A stretch of DNA of 64,000 bases from Narcine bancroftii (lineage: Eukaryota), in assembly GCF_036971445.1 (NCBI RefSeq), contig NC_091470.1:158844001-158908000 (forward strand), given 5' to 3'. Below, piece by piece: positions 42,877 to 54,600 of this stretch; position 1 is the first letter of the stretch, and the number at the start of each line of letters is the position of its first letter. Below the pieces are notes generated by a model, which worked only from the letters and a program-made list of their open reading frames with translations, ran no database searches and had not been told where the DNA came from. The position numbers were made by a program, and so were the translations under genes.

Positions 42877-44719
42877 GTCTCGACTCTTCCCCTCCCATTC
42901 TTCTCCCTTTCTCTCTGATGCCTGCCTGCTTTTTGTCCCGTCTCTCCTACCTTCTGGCTTAGAACCCGTGAATATTTACACAGGTTATAATCTATTTAAA
43001 TCAACAAGCTGCCTCATGTACACCAAAGACATAATGGAAAATGTAAGCAACACATCTCCTGGCTGCTATTACCTGAACTGATAGGCACTCATTTAGGAAG
43101 CTTTCAAATATGTTATCCACTGCTATCTTTGAAAGTCCCAGGGAGTAATTATTTACCAAAATGGGTATAGTACTATGCTTGATGACCTATCTAAGACATG
43201 AATCTCTGAACTATGTTAATGATTATTATCTGAAACTAAGATGACTTTCTAAGAACTAACCATCAGATCCAATCAACAGAAAACATGGATGCAAATCGTG
43301 GAAATCTAAATGAATGATAACACTGACATGAGAGCCATCAGATGGTGAGTACCAATGAAAATCAGCAGTAAAATTGAAGGGCTCAAGCCCAAAATGTTGG
43401 TGATATATCTTTACCTTTGCTACATAAAGGCACTGTCTGACCTGTTGAGTTTCTCCAGCATTTGTGTGTTTTTTCACTTAACCACAGTATCAACAGAATC
43501 CTATGTTTTGCCACCCGTAAAACATTTTTGGGTCAGTTGAACTAATGCAATGTGTCAGCATTATTATGTGATTAAACATGATAAATTCAAAATAAGTTAA
43601 TTTAACGTTTCTCCAACTTCCTACGTGATCCAGCAAATCTGACATTATCTTTGTGTTCATCTTAAAGTTGTCTACCATAATCTCCAATTTTCTTTCAGGA
43701 AGCAAATCTTTTGGGGGGAAAAATGTTGTCCCTTCATGTACAAGCAATGCATGGATTCCCCTCACCCTGAGATGGATCTAAATCATTCTCTACTCAGGAT
43801 GCTGTTAACTCTTAATTAAGATATTCAAGGCAGAGATTTTTGGACACTGGGTTACAGTAAAAAACTAGACTAGGTACAGAAACTGCCATAAATTATTAAA
43901 TACTAGGAAAGGCTCCAGGGGCCGTATGGCCTACATAAGGAACACACTGTAGGAGACACACTGTCGTATGCAAATCTGGAGCAATGCTGACCATTCATTT
44001 TCTCCCACTAATGCAAGTCAACATGCTGAGTTCTTCCAGTCAGGGACTGCTGAGTCATCCATTGAAATTAGGACTAATCTGACCCTGGCCCTCATTCCAC
44101 TTTACTGCTTGTTCCCCAGGATCCTTGACTGCTCAATCAACCAAAAATCTGACCAATTTATTTGTAATCCAGTCTGCACAACTGAAACAGAGGATTTCAA
44201 AGGTTGTTTCTTCTCTTAGAGATTCCCTCATTTGACTTGTCCAAGTCGATACCTTATGCCCTGAGTTATATTCTTTTATAAGGGACATATAATCTCAGCA
44301 TCTCCCTTGTTTTAATTAGGATCGCCTAATATTACTTCTATTTTTTATGTTCTTTCCAGGTTTAAACCATATGGAATTTTTTTTTAAAGTGGCCCAAGTT
44401 TCTAAACCATTGAAAATACAAGTTCTTATTTACTTAATGAGTGGTAGCATGGTTGGCGAGGTAGTTAGTGCAACGCCTTTACAGGATTGGGAACGGACCA
44501 GGTTTCGAATCCCACGCTGTCTGTAAGGAGTTTATATGCTCTCCCTGTGTCTACATGGTTTTCTCCAGGGGCTCCAGTTGCCTTCCACCATTCAAAACAT
44601 ACCAGGATGGTTTAATGGGGTGTAAATTGGGTGGCAAAGGACTCTTGGGCCGAAATGGGCTGTATGTCTAAATTAAAATTTAAAAAAAGTAAAAATTAAA
44701 TGGCTGAGAAGGAGATGGT

Positions 44720-45430
44720 TATAGACTTCAGGAGGAAATTCATGAGAACATGAACAAGTCCTCATTGAGGGATCAGCAGTGGAGAGGGTCAAGAAATTCA
44801 AGTTCCTGGGATTGGTCCTGGAGCCTCCACGATAATGCAATCTCAAAGGCGGCTTGTCAACGGCTAGACTTTGTAGAGTTTGAGGAGATTCACTTTGTCG
44901 CAGAGGACTCTCAAAAACTGCCACATGTGTATTGTGGAGAGCTTTCTGTCTGGTTGCACCACTATCTGGTATGGAGGTGCCTCCGCACAGGAGAAGAAAA
45001 AAATCTCCAAAGAGCTGTTAACTCGGCCTGTAACATCACGGGCACCAGCCTTCACTCCATTGAGGACCATTACAAGAGGGGGTGTCTTTAAAAAAAAAGC
45101 CTTTATCCTCAAGGATAAAGGCCACACCCTCTTCTCTCTGCTACTATCGAGAAAAGGGTACAAGAGCCAGGCCACACCCTCTTCTCTCTGCTACTATTGA
45201 GAAAAAGGTACAAGAGCCTGAAGACGAGCACTCAGCAGCACAAGGACGGCTTCTTCACCTCTGCCGTCAAATTCCTGAATGATCAATGAACCAGAGACAC
45301 CCTTACTTTGTCTTTTTCTTGCACTATTTTTATTTATTTTGCAAGGTTTTTAATATAATTGTTTGTACTGTGAAGCTGCCACAAAACAACAAATTTCCCG
45401 ACATGTTCATGACAATAAATTGTGATTCTG
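44720..45430 (+). mobile_element. Rex1/Babar-like LINE 3' fragment with a 50-bp internal tandem duplication (45119-45218); related fragments at 21165-21850 (+), 21860-22120 (-), 46720-47090 (-), 51375-51775 (-)
   Basis: ESFLSGCTTIWYG, LQRAVNSA..ITG, H.LFSLL.S.K.Y remnants; AATAAA plus TGATTC-type tail. Confidence 0.75.
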
Positions 45431-47457
45431 AATGTAAATTGTTATTGATTTTCTTCAACAGGAAACATGTTTCATGAAACACAGACTAGGCTTAACGGAT
45501 TAGCGCAGTTTGCTTCCTTCTTTTTTTGACCCTGTGGCATCTGCTTACTTCAAACTGCATGTTATTCTGTTTGTTATTCCTCACTGCTCTCCTGTCCCTA
45601 GCGTCGATTTCTTTCCCTATTTTCCAAACAGATTAGCCTTCTCCCTCCCCAACCACTTTTTTTTTTAAATAAAAAAAATTTAGACATACAGCACTGTAAC
45701 AGGCCAATTCGGCCCCGAGAGTCTGTGCCACCCAATTAACCAACACAACAGTATGTTTTTTTGAAGGGGATGGGAGTAAACCAGAGCCTCCAGAGAAAAC
45801 CCACGCAGGCACAGGGAGAACATACAAACTCCTTACAGACAGCGCGGGATTCGAACACAATTCCGATCCTGATCGCTGGCGATGTAAAGGCGTTGCACTA
45901 ACCGCTACGACAACCATTCTGCCCTTCTCTCTGTATCTTGCCATCCTCAAACTCTATGTTGGAGGGACCTCTCCTTGTTGCCTCTCCCCTGGGAGGTCAC
46001 AGCCACTTCAATTCTGGGTTACACTCCTGCACTCGCATGTCAATCCTTACGTATTGCCTCACCTGCAGATTGGAGGAATAATACCTTATTTTCCACCCTC
46101 CAGCCATGTGGCATGAACGTTGACTTTACTGCTTTGCATTAAACCTGTTTGTCTTTTCTTTTCCCTCCCCATTTTTCCTGTCCTTCTAGTTCTTTCACCC
46201 ATAGTGCCCTGCCATCCCCTCTCCCCTCATTGTTGCTGTCCCCTCCCTCCTTTCTCCACCTATCATTCTCCTGCCTCACCACCACTCCTTCGTCCCCCCT
46301 ACTCTTGTTCAGAAGCTTACCGGAGTTTTCTCAAACTTTGATGAAGGGCACAAGCCCAAAACATCGGTTTGCCTTTGCTACATAAAGGACACTGTTTGAC
46401 CTGCTGACCTTCCCCAGCATTTTGGGGTTTTTTTCCCCCGGTTGCCTGATCTCCACCCAAACATCTCCCTGGAAACTGACACTGTTGTAATTATAGTGAT
46501 CATGGTTGCAATGCCACTAGCAATGCCTTCAGGATTATAGCTCCCGTTTGATTATATTTGGCTGCCAGCAGGAGCTGACACAGAGCAGGAATCTGCAGTA
46601 TCCAAGATCTGTAATGGAGGCTTGCAGCCTCATGGTGCGGTTTACAACAACTTTAAAGTAAAAAACCTTTTCCTTCATCCATGTGTTGTCTAAGAACTCA
46701 CATATGAATACAAGAGACATTCAGGTTTACACTCAGATTTATTGTCAGATATTGACATCACATACAAACAACCGTAAGATCATTTTTTCTGTGGGCCAGG
46801 CAGCATTACCACTTATTGATGGTGCAAAAAAAAATCTACACACAATGTACACATGTAAGCCAATAAAGAAATGTAACTAATCCAGAGAGAATAACAAAAA
46901 CCAATAAAGTACACAGGTAAGAGTCCTAAAATGAGTCCCTGATTGAGTTAGTTGTTGAGGAGTCTGATGGTGGAGGGGGAGCAGCTGTTTCTGAACCTGG
47001 TGGGGCGAGTCCTGTGGCACCCTCCACCTCTTTCCTGATGGCAGCAGCGAGAACAGGGCTTGGGCTGGGTGGAGTGAATCCTTGATTACCCCCTTTTACT
47101 CAGAGATCCCACTTAATTGACCAGCGTTAAAAGCCAGGTGGGGTTATTCGCACTGAATAGATCATCCACGGGATGAAAAATCACGCAGACAAGTGAAGCG
47201 GTTAAAAGGTGGCCAATTCCCGTCTTTTAAAACGGCCGAGTAAAAGTGGAATACGTTGGCTGCCGCTCTCCAACAAGCTTGATGGTGCGGAGGGGTTTTT
47301 GCCTGCGCCCACTACCTTTTGCGGGGCTTTGTGCTCTGGGGTCCCCACTACCGGACTGCGATGCTCACTCTCCACCAACACGTCTGTCGAAGTGTTCCAA
47401 ACCTCTGCAAAGTCCTTCACCATCCCATGCACGAGTGTGTCCAGGAAAGAGGCGGTT

Positions 47458-47720
47458 GCCCCCCTCCCCTCCCCCACTCGTTGCCCCCTCCCCTTCCCTT
47501 CCCTCCCCTCCCCCCACTCGTTGCCCCCTCCCCTTCCCTTCCCTCCCCTCCCCCCCTTCCCTCCCCTCCCCCCCTTCCCTCCCCTCCCCCCCTTCCCTTC
47601 CCTCCCCCCCCTTCCCTTCCCTCCCCCCCCCCCCTTCCCTTCCCTCCCCCCCTTCCCTTCCCTCCCCCCCCCTTCCCTTCCCTCCCCCCCCCCTTCCCTT
47701 CCCTTCCCTCCCCCCCCCTT
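47458..47720. repeat. Polypyrimidine/polypurine low-complexity tract
   Basis: About 260 bp of (CCCTT/CCCT/Cn) units, almost purely C and T on the plus strand. Confidence 0.95.
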
Positions 47721-47988
47721 GGCTTCTCTTTCTTTCTTGTTATTTCCCATCTGAGCTGAGAACTCCGCAACCGCCCCCATTGATCCGCTCCCCTCCCCTA
47801 TCAATTGATCAGTGCATGGTCGTCTCTGTGCTCTATTAGCCCCCTCTGTATCTATTGATCCACGCATTGTTTGAGCGCGCCTGGCTGGCGGACCCTGCCT
47901 CGGCTCAATGATGGCGGAGAGAGCGGCCTCTCGCAGTGCCCTTCCTTCAATGTCCCCAGCCCGCTCCCCAACATAATCTTCTTCTCAC

Positions 47989-48170
47989 CTTTTTTTTAAA
48001 AATTAATTCCCCCCCTGCGGGCTGTTGCTGGGTCCCCGGTTCGATTTCCCTGCCCTCTTTCGGGTCTGCTATCGAGGTTCGTCGCGCTCGCCGTGCTGCT
48101 GCTTCGGGCTAGCTGGGCCCCGCCGTCGTCGCCATCTTATCACTCTCCGATCGATTGCTATAGCCGGGGC
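47989..48170 (-). other. ZBTB17: Candidate non-coding first exon of ZBTB17 (5' boundary uncertain)
   Basis: CpG-rich segment with a YY1-type AAGATGGCG, ending at donor AAG|gtgaga (47988). The first coding exon starts only 2 nt before the ATG, so an upstream UTR exon is required. Confidence 0.6.
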
Positions 48171-48402
48171 TTCCCGCACGGCTGCTAGTACGCATGCCCA
48201 GGAGCCGGGACCTCTTCCACCCCTGAGAACGGCCCTTGGGTTGAACTGCGCATGCAAGAAACGAGCGATTTCCCCCCGCCCCGGGCGCTTTGGGGCCGGG
48301 GTTTGCGGCTGCGCGGCCTCGGGCGATCGTGCACTGCGGCTGCGCGCAGGGGATTGTACGCATGCGCTGTGCGAGCGGGGGCGAGTGAGCTGAACAGCTA
48401 AA

Positions 48403-48453
48403 ATGGAAGATGAGGAAATCGCGGATAATTGGGAGGAAGCAGCCGATAGTGGG
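48403..48453 (+). CDS. SZRD1: SZRD1 exon 1, coding part
   Basis: aaaATGG Kozak context; [17 protein letters not shown]|gtaagg; 51 nt. Confidence 0.96.
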
Positions 48454-48562
48454 GTAAGGAGCATGGAGGCGAAGCGATGGAGAGACCCGGGTTTCATTGA
48501 AGTCAGGCCTTCCGGTCAATTGAGGCCGCGAAACCAGTGAGGTGGAGGCATCGGGCGAAGGA

Positions 48563-48603
<41 letters not shown>

Positions 48604-51600
48604 GTGGGGGGGGGGAGAGAGGAGTAGACCTGCTGAAGGGTCGCGGTGAGTGTCGGCCACAAGTGTGGGATCAGGCAGCAGGGGAGTGGTGTGCGTGTGA
48701 GAGGGCGGGTGGGAACCCGGGCAAGGCCTGAGCACCAGCTTGGATTAGCCACCTTCTTCATAGAGAGCGTGTTGGCAAAGGCGGGGAGACTAAATACCGT
48801 AGTAACATGACCAGAAAAGGCATTGGAAACGAGTGATGCGGATTCCAGACCAATGGAGGTAATGTATCCTCTGCAATTGGAGTTTGGCAGCTCCCAGCAG
48901 TGGACAGGCATATTTCCCCCCCCCCCCCCTTAACTTTCTTGGGAAAGATAAAGGAGAGTAACTAAGTTCACCACCTCCAATCAAGTTATGGTTAAGCGAA
49001 TTGACACCAACACGTTGGAATTTTAGCGTCGAAAAAACATTGACAGGAAAACCAGGATTCTAAAACAAGTGAACCTTTTGCACACATTTGTGTGTAATTT
49101 TCCGAAGTGCGACTAGACTTCTGTTTCTTCAAAGCTAAAGGGTACTTCTGAAGAACGATGCAGATTTTTTAAAATATAAATAAAAAAATATATATAATGA
49201 ATATGTTCAATACTATAACTGCAATGTATTTGTGATTGTTTAGAAACGGACCCCCATAGTATTCTCTATTTTGCTTTGGTCCCTTTATAAAGGGAGTGAC
49301 ATAGCTCATGACCTTTAAAGTTTTTCACTGCTGTTGTTTTTGGCCATTATCAATGGTGGGAAAGGATTTGTATATTGAAACATTGACATCATTTTAATTG
49401 TTTTATTTTTTTAAATGAAGAAGCAAGCTGATGAAAAGGTAGCCAAACTTTAAAAGAAGCTTTAAAGTGTAAATTGGGATCAAGCTAATCTGCTGGAAAA
49501 TGGAAAACTTTATGATAACGAGGACTTGCATGACATTTAAAATCAAGTTGGAAATAACATGGTGTTCAGAGCAGTGATCTCAGTTGAGAGTCTTGAACCC
49601 ACCCAGTATTGCTGTTTCTAGGAGAGTTAAAATTATTTTGAAGAAAGGTGCTCTTCATTAGATTTTACTACTATGTTATTGTTTGCAACCAGGTCTGTCC
49701 AACATTGTCAGCACCTTTTGAACTTTCTAAATTGAAGAAGTCCAGTGAATGACAAAGGTATGTTAGGCAGGATGTCGCATGTATGGAAGTAAATAAAAGG
49801 ACAAGAAAATAAATTCTAGGATTTTGAGTCTCTAAAAGAAAATGTATTGACTCATCAACAGTGTATGTGCCCTTTCATATTGATTATTCAAAGCCTTGGT
49901 AATTTAAGATGATTGTTCACTGATAAAAGCATTTTCAGAAAGAATCGGCCAGGGACGTAATTTAGCTTTTTCAGGTCTTCAGCAGCAACTGAGTTGTACA
50001 CTCAGTGTGTTCACCTTCAATAATGTCTCCGCAGCCTTCACAACTTTATCTGAATAAAGTTCAAATTCATTAAAGCCTACTTGAATAAATAAAAAAAAAC
50101 ATTTGAGATAGCTCCATTTGGATTTTAAAATAGCTAATGATAGTACAAGCTTTGTGACATTGTTTTTATTTTGCTGGACAATTAGTTTATTGTCTACATG
50201 AACAATGTACAGATATAATGAATTTTTTCTTGCACAGTTATGTAAAGTACAATGGGGGAAATGTGAATGTAAAAAGAATAGATAAGTATGCACATTAGCA
50301 ATTGGTGTTTAAATATATATAAAAAATATATAGATATACAAATTCTTGCATTAGTCAGGTTTTTAGTGGACCTGGAGCAGTGTTTATCAAGAGCCTGATA
50401 GGTATTGGGAAAGAAAAATGTTCTTAAGCCTAGAGTTGTGGAACTTCCTTTTCTGCCATTCAGTGTAATAGACTTGAAAGTAAAAAATGTTTTCCTTATG
50501 TTTGTGTGATGTTTTCAAATCTGAAGCTTGAATATTACTATCAGGGCTGTTGGCAAAGGGATTGGGCAGATTGAAGAGTTTGGTGTCACACTATTCAGGT
50601 TTCAAATAAACTGAAGACTAATAAAGGAAGACTACTTATAAATGAAATCAAGTTTATAGAAACTGAAAATATTTAGTGGACTGGTAAGTAAATGTGATAA
50701 TTTAAAGTTTCAGGTATTCACACATGTACTTCAGTTCAGATTGTGTGACCTTGTCAATGATTCCAGCATTTTTTTTAGTTAATGATTACACTTTTGCCTT
50801 TTGTAGAAAATTCCTGATTTCTTCATAGCTATTGATTGAGCACAGGATCACTAAATGTAATAGTCTACATAAAAACAGAACTGAAATGTTACAATCAAAA
50901 ATGAAAGTGCACATCTTTCCCTCTTTCTTTAACCTTATCCAGTTATCCAGGTGTGTAAGAGAATTGTTAAGGAAGTGTTTCATTCACAAATACAAAGATC
51001 CATTATGCAGAATTGAAGACTTAGAATAATTATTTTCTCAAATGCACTGGCTGTTGAAGGCATATTTAGTAAATAGTTTACATGAAATATGGATGAATAG
51101 CTAATTAGTTTATTTAGGTGATCTTTGAAGATGTTCAGCAAAATACCAAAGCATCTGTCCAGTTCATGATATGGGTTCTTAAGAATCTATCAAACCAACA
51201 AGATGGGACCTTGGTTTAATGCTTCATCTGACAGAACTAAGATCTCCCACAAAGTAGCATCTCCATTGCTGGACAAGAGTATCTACTCAAATTTGGGAGT
51301 GAGTTAAATGAGCTGTGTTTGGAATCTGCAACAGTTGTTACACCAATGAGCTGTTACTGGCAAAGAGTTTCAAACTTCAGAATACATGCATAACATGCAA
51401 CCCTGAGATTCTTTTTCTTGTGGTGAGGCAGAATTACCACTTATTGGTAGTGCAAAAAAAAACTGACTCAATGTAAACAAAGAAATTGAAGAAAATGCAA
51501 AACAGAGAGAGGATAGAAATCAATAAAGTGCAAATGTAAGATTCTGTAAATGAGTCCCTGATTGAGTTTGTGGTTGAGGAGTCTGATGGTGGAGGGGTAG

Positions 51601-54600
51601 CAGCTGTTCCTGAACTTGGTGGTGCGAGTCTTGTGGCACTGATACCTCTTTCCTGATAGTAGCTGCGAGAACTGAGTACGTGTTGGGTGATGCTCTCTGA
51701 CAGCAGCATTCCCTGTAGATGTTCTGGATGGTAGGGAGGGTTTTTGTCCATGATGTCCTGAGCTGTGATAACTATGACTGAGTTTAGAAACAATGGATTA
51801 AAGCATGGGTTCTGGATCAGTTTATTTCTAATGAATCTTGGGCTCTTGAACTACCCTCCCCCTCCCCCCAGTCACGCTGATCATCATAACTGGATAGTCT
51901 GCGTGAATATTTATCACCTACCTATTGTATCATCTATTTTTTAATGTGATGTTTCTTGTGTTTTTTTTCCGAAATGTCTGTTTTGCTGTATCAAGTAAGA
52001 ATTTTGGTGAATGTGTACACGACAATAAATATTAAATGCATCTTACAAACTGGCCATTTAGTGCATTAGTAGGTGCTTGGGCTGCTATTTAGGGCTTGCA
52101 ATGGATAAAGCATGGGTGACCTTGCTGTTGCTCTACTGGGGTAATTTTCTAGTCTTACTACCTAGCTTCAATGGAGCCATTCAACAATTTCTTTGCCATA
52201 TAGTTATCCAATTCCCTCTTGAAGGAGTACATTTCAGGATTCCAGACCATGTGCTATTCTTCTGTCATATTAATTCTCATCCTCTTTGTTTTAAACAGTG
52301 ATATTTAATTCTTGACTTCTCCATTAATGGGAGCTTCCATCCACTCTGTCAAAACTCCAATTAATTTTGAACACTTTAAGGTGTCCCCTTGGCCTTCTCC
52401 AAAGAATACAATCCCATTCACTCCAATCTATCCTGAAGACTGCTGTCCCTCGTTTGAGGAACCTTTCTCACAGAATTGTTCAAATCAATGAATGAAGTGT
52501 CATAACAATTACAGAATAATATATTGAAAAGATCTTTTAATATTAATATCTGACAGAGACTTGTTAGTAGCAGGTGAGTGAGGAGTTGATAGTTTCTGCT
52601 TTGACCCAAGAATTTGGGATGCTAGGTTCAACTACCCACAAATGGATATGTGGATTTTGAACAAGCTGAGACCTTGAATTACTGATCACACCTGTACTCC
52701 TACCATCCTCAGTCTGTGGAAAAAGAGGCAGCTACTTTAGTGTGAGGTGGTTGGTGCATAAATTATTTTATGAGGAATTAATGCAGAAGTTTAGAAAATT
52801 CCATGTTTTTTTTTAAAATAGATTGTTAGTGACCTTTTGGTTTTATCATGATGGAATGTGATTTTAAGGGAACACGTGCCATCTGCAGAGTTGCTATTAG
52901 ACTGAAGTCTTGTATGAGGCTCAGACTTGAACCAAAACTAAGCAAAGTGAGGATCTTCAGAGGCTGATTACATTTGCATAATGTTTCATTCCATTCGAAG
53001 TTTTAGTACACCTGCAGAGAGAATTCTGATAAAAAATTTTGTGCAATTTGCAGGGACTGCAACATTTGAAGCAATCATTCAAATTGATTTGTGTGGTTAC
53101 TGGCCCAAATGCCTCTTTCACTTTCTATTTTAAAATGAGTGCAAATCAAAATGCTTCTATCAAACTCTTGTATAGAATCCCCAGTTTAGACACAGGCAAT
53201 GTCAATTTTGATAATTACATAACTGGTAGCAGCTTTAATTAGCAATTTAATTGCCTGTTCCTTTTACCTTGGCTCTGTTTTCACACTATCTTTACTGCCT
53301 TTAATCCTGACTTTATCTGCACTTGGCTTTTGTGTCCACCTGTTTGCACCTAGAGTTCAACTGATCTTTGCTTTATAAAACTCATATTTGCGCATGTTCC
53401 TTTCTTACAGGAAATTGAGCGACGGCTGGAAGCAAAGCTAAAGATCCAGCAGAAGGAAAAGTAAGAAATTTTTCTGAGTTTTCTAATAATTATTTATTGG
53501 CTCCCCCTGAAGGCTTGTCTAGAAATTGCCTCATTCTGTAAAATTTGAAGTACTCACTTCTGCCCCAATCATTTATTATTTGCTGGTATAGCACTGGATG
53601 AAAAACTATATTCAGTTTTACTTAAAATTTTATTTTATTCCCCAAATAGCCAACTCAGAGAGTTGTACTGCCTTAAATTATTACTCTAATGTTTTTTTCA
53701 TTTAAAGTGCTCTTGTATGTTTTGCCATTGTTGTTCACTAATTTACTAAACTCTGAGTGTGAAACATTATTCATTTGGTAGCATATCATCTGAATTGGAA
53801 AAGTATGAGTTCAATTGCTCTTCTACTTGAACAGAAACATCTTAGGTGATATATTCATGCAGCAATGAGGGTGCCATTTCCTTTGGGCTGGGTAAGAATA
53901 GGGAACAAAATCCATGGCACCGCCATTTAACCCTGTTTGCTTTAATGATGTTAATTATTACACTACATTTTGTGCAAACTTGCTGTTCACAATTGGCATC
54001 CATGTTTCTTGTTATAATTTGACTATTCACTGTAGTTTGACTGTAAAGTGGTTTGGGACATAAATTCGTTTTCCATTGATTGCGCTTTAGTAGTTAAGTA
54101 CTGCATTTTAATTTGTATCATAAATTTGGAGTTGCCCTTTAATTCTTTGTGCAGGAAGGACTGAAAATTATAGTTCTGGTGTCTGATTGGTGGAAATATT
54201 AACTGTGGAATACTAACTGTGGAATACACATCGGGCAAAATTTAACTTGCTTTGCTGGTTGATGTGTCCTGCTCATTTTTCTCATCAACATTAACCATAA
54301 AGCCAATCTGGCCCACAAGTTGATAGGAGCTCCGCAGATTTAGTGAAGGGAAACATTTTTAAGTACTGATTTCCAGATGGGGTTTTCTGACTTGGGTAGC
54401 TTCTTGCAATACCTGCAAGTGAGTATCCTTGGGAGTTTTTGCAGGTTTGCTGAAGAGAGTAAATCTAGTTAGCAACAATTTCAAGACTGCATCGAAGACA
54501 TTCAGGTGAAATGTACACATCACTTTAGTACAAAAAGTTGAATATATATATTTGTTTAGAGATGATTTTCTCTTCTAATCTAGGCATTTATTGAGGGAGG

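Larger units (their letters stand above)
47760..48800. promoter_or_regulatory. CpG island / bidirectional promoter shared by ZBTB17 and SZRD1
   Basis: Only strongly CpG-dense region in the window; NRF1-like TGCGCATGCA (48247-48256) and TACGCATGCGC (48357-48367); YY1-like GCCATCTT (48131-48138); divergent genes on either side. Confidence 0.85.

Noticed and set aside
46530-46650. Possible second non-coding ZBTB17 exon (acceptor-like tttaaag on the minus strand at 46651)
   Set aside because: No convincing GT donor at a plausible distance; cannot be supported without transcript data.
47202-47867. Gly/Arg-rich and Pro-rich ORFs of 117-221 aa in several frames
   Set aside because: Artefacts of the stop-free C/T low-complexity tract; open on both strands with no domain.
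48025-48911. Several ORFs of 120-208 aa across the promoter
   Set aside because: GC-rich, stop-poor CpG-island sequence; only the SZRD1 exon 48403-48453 has recognisable coding sequence.
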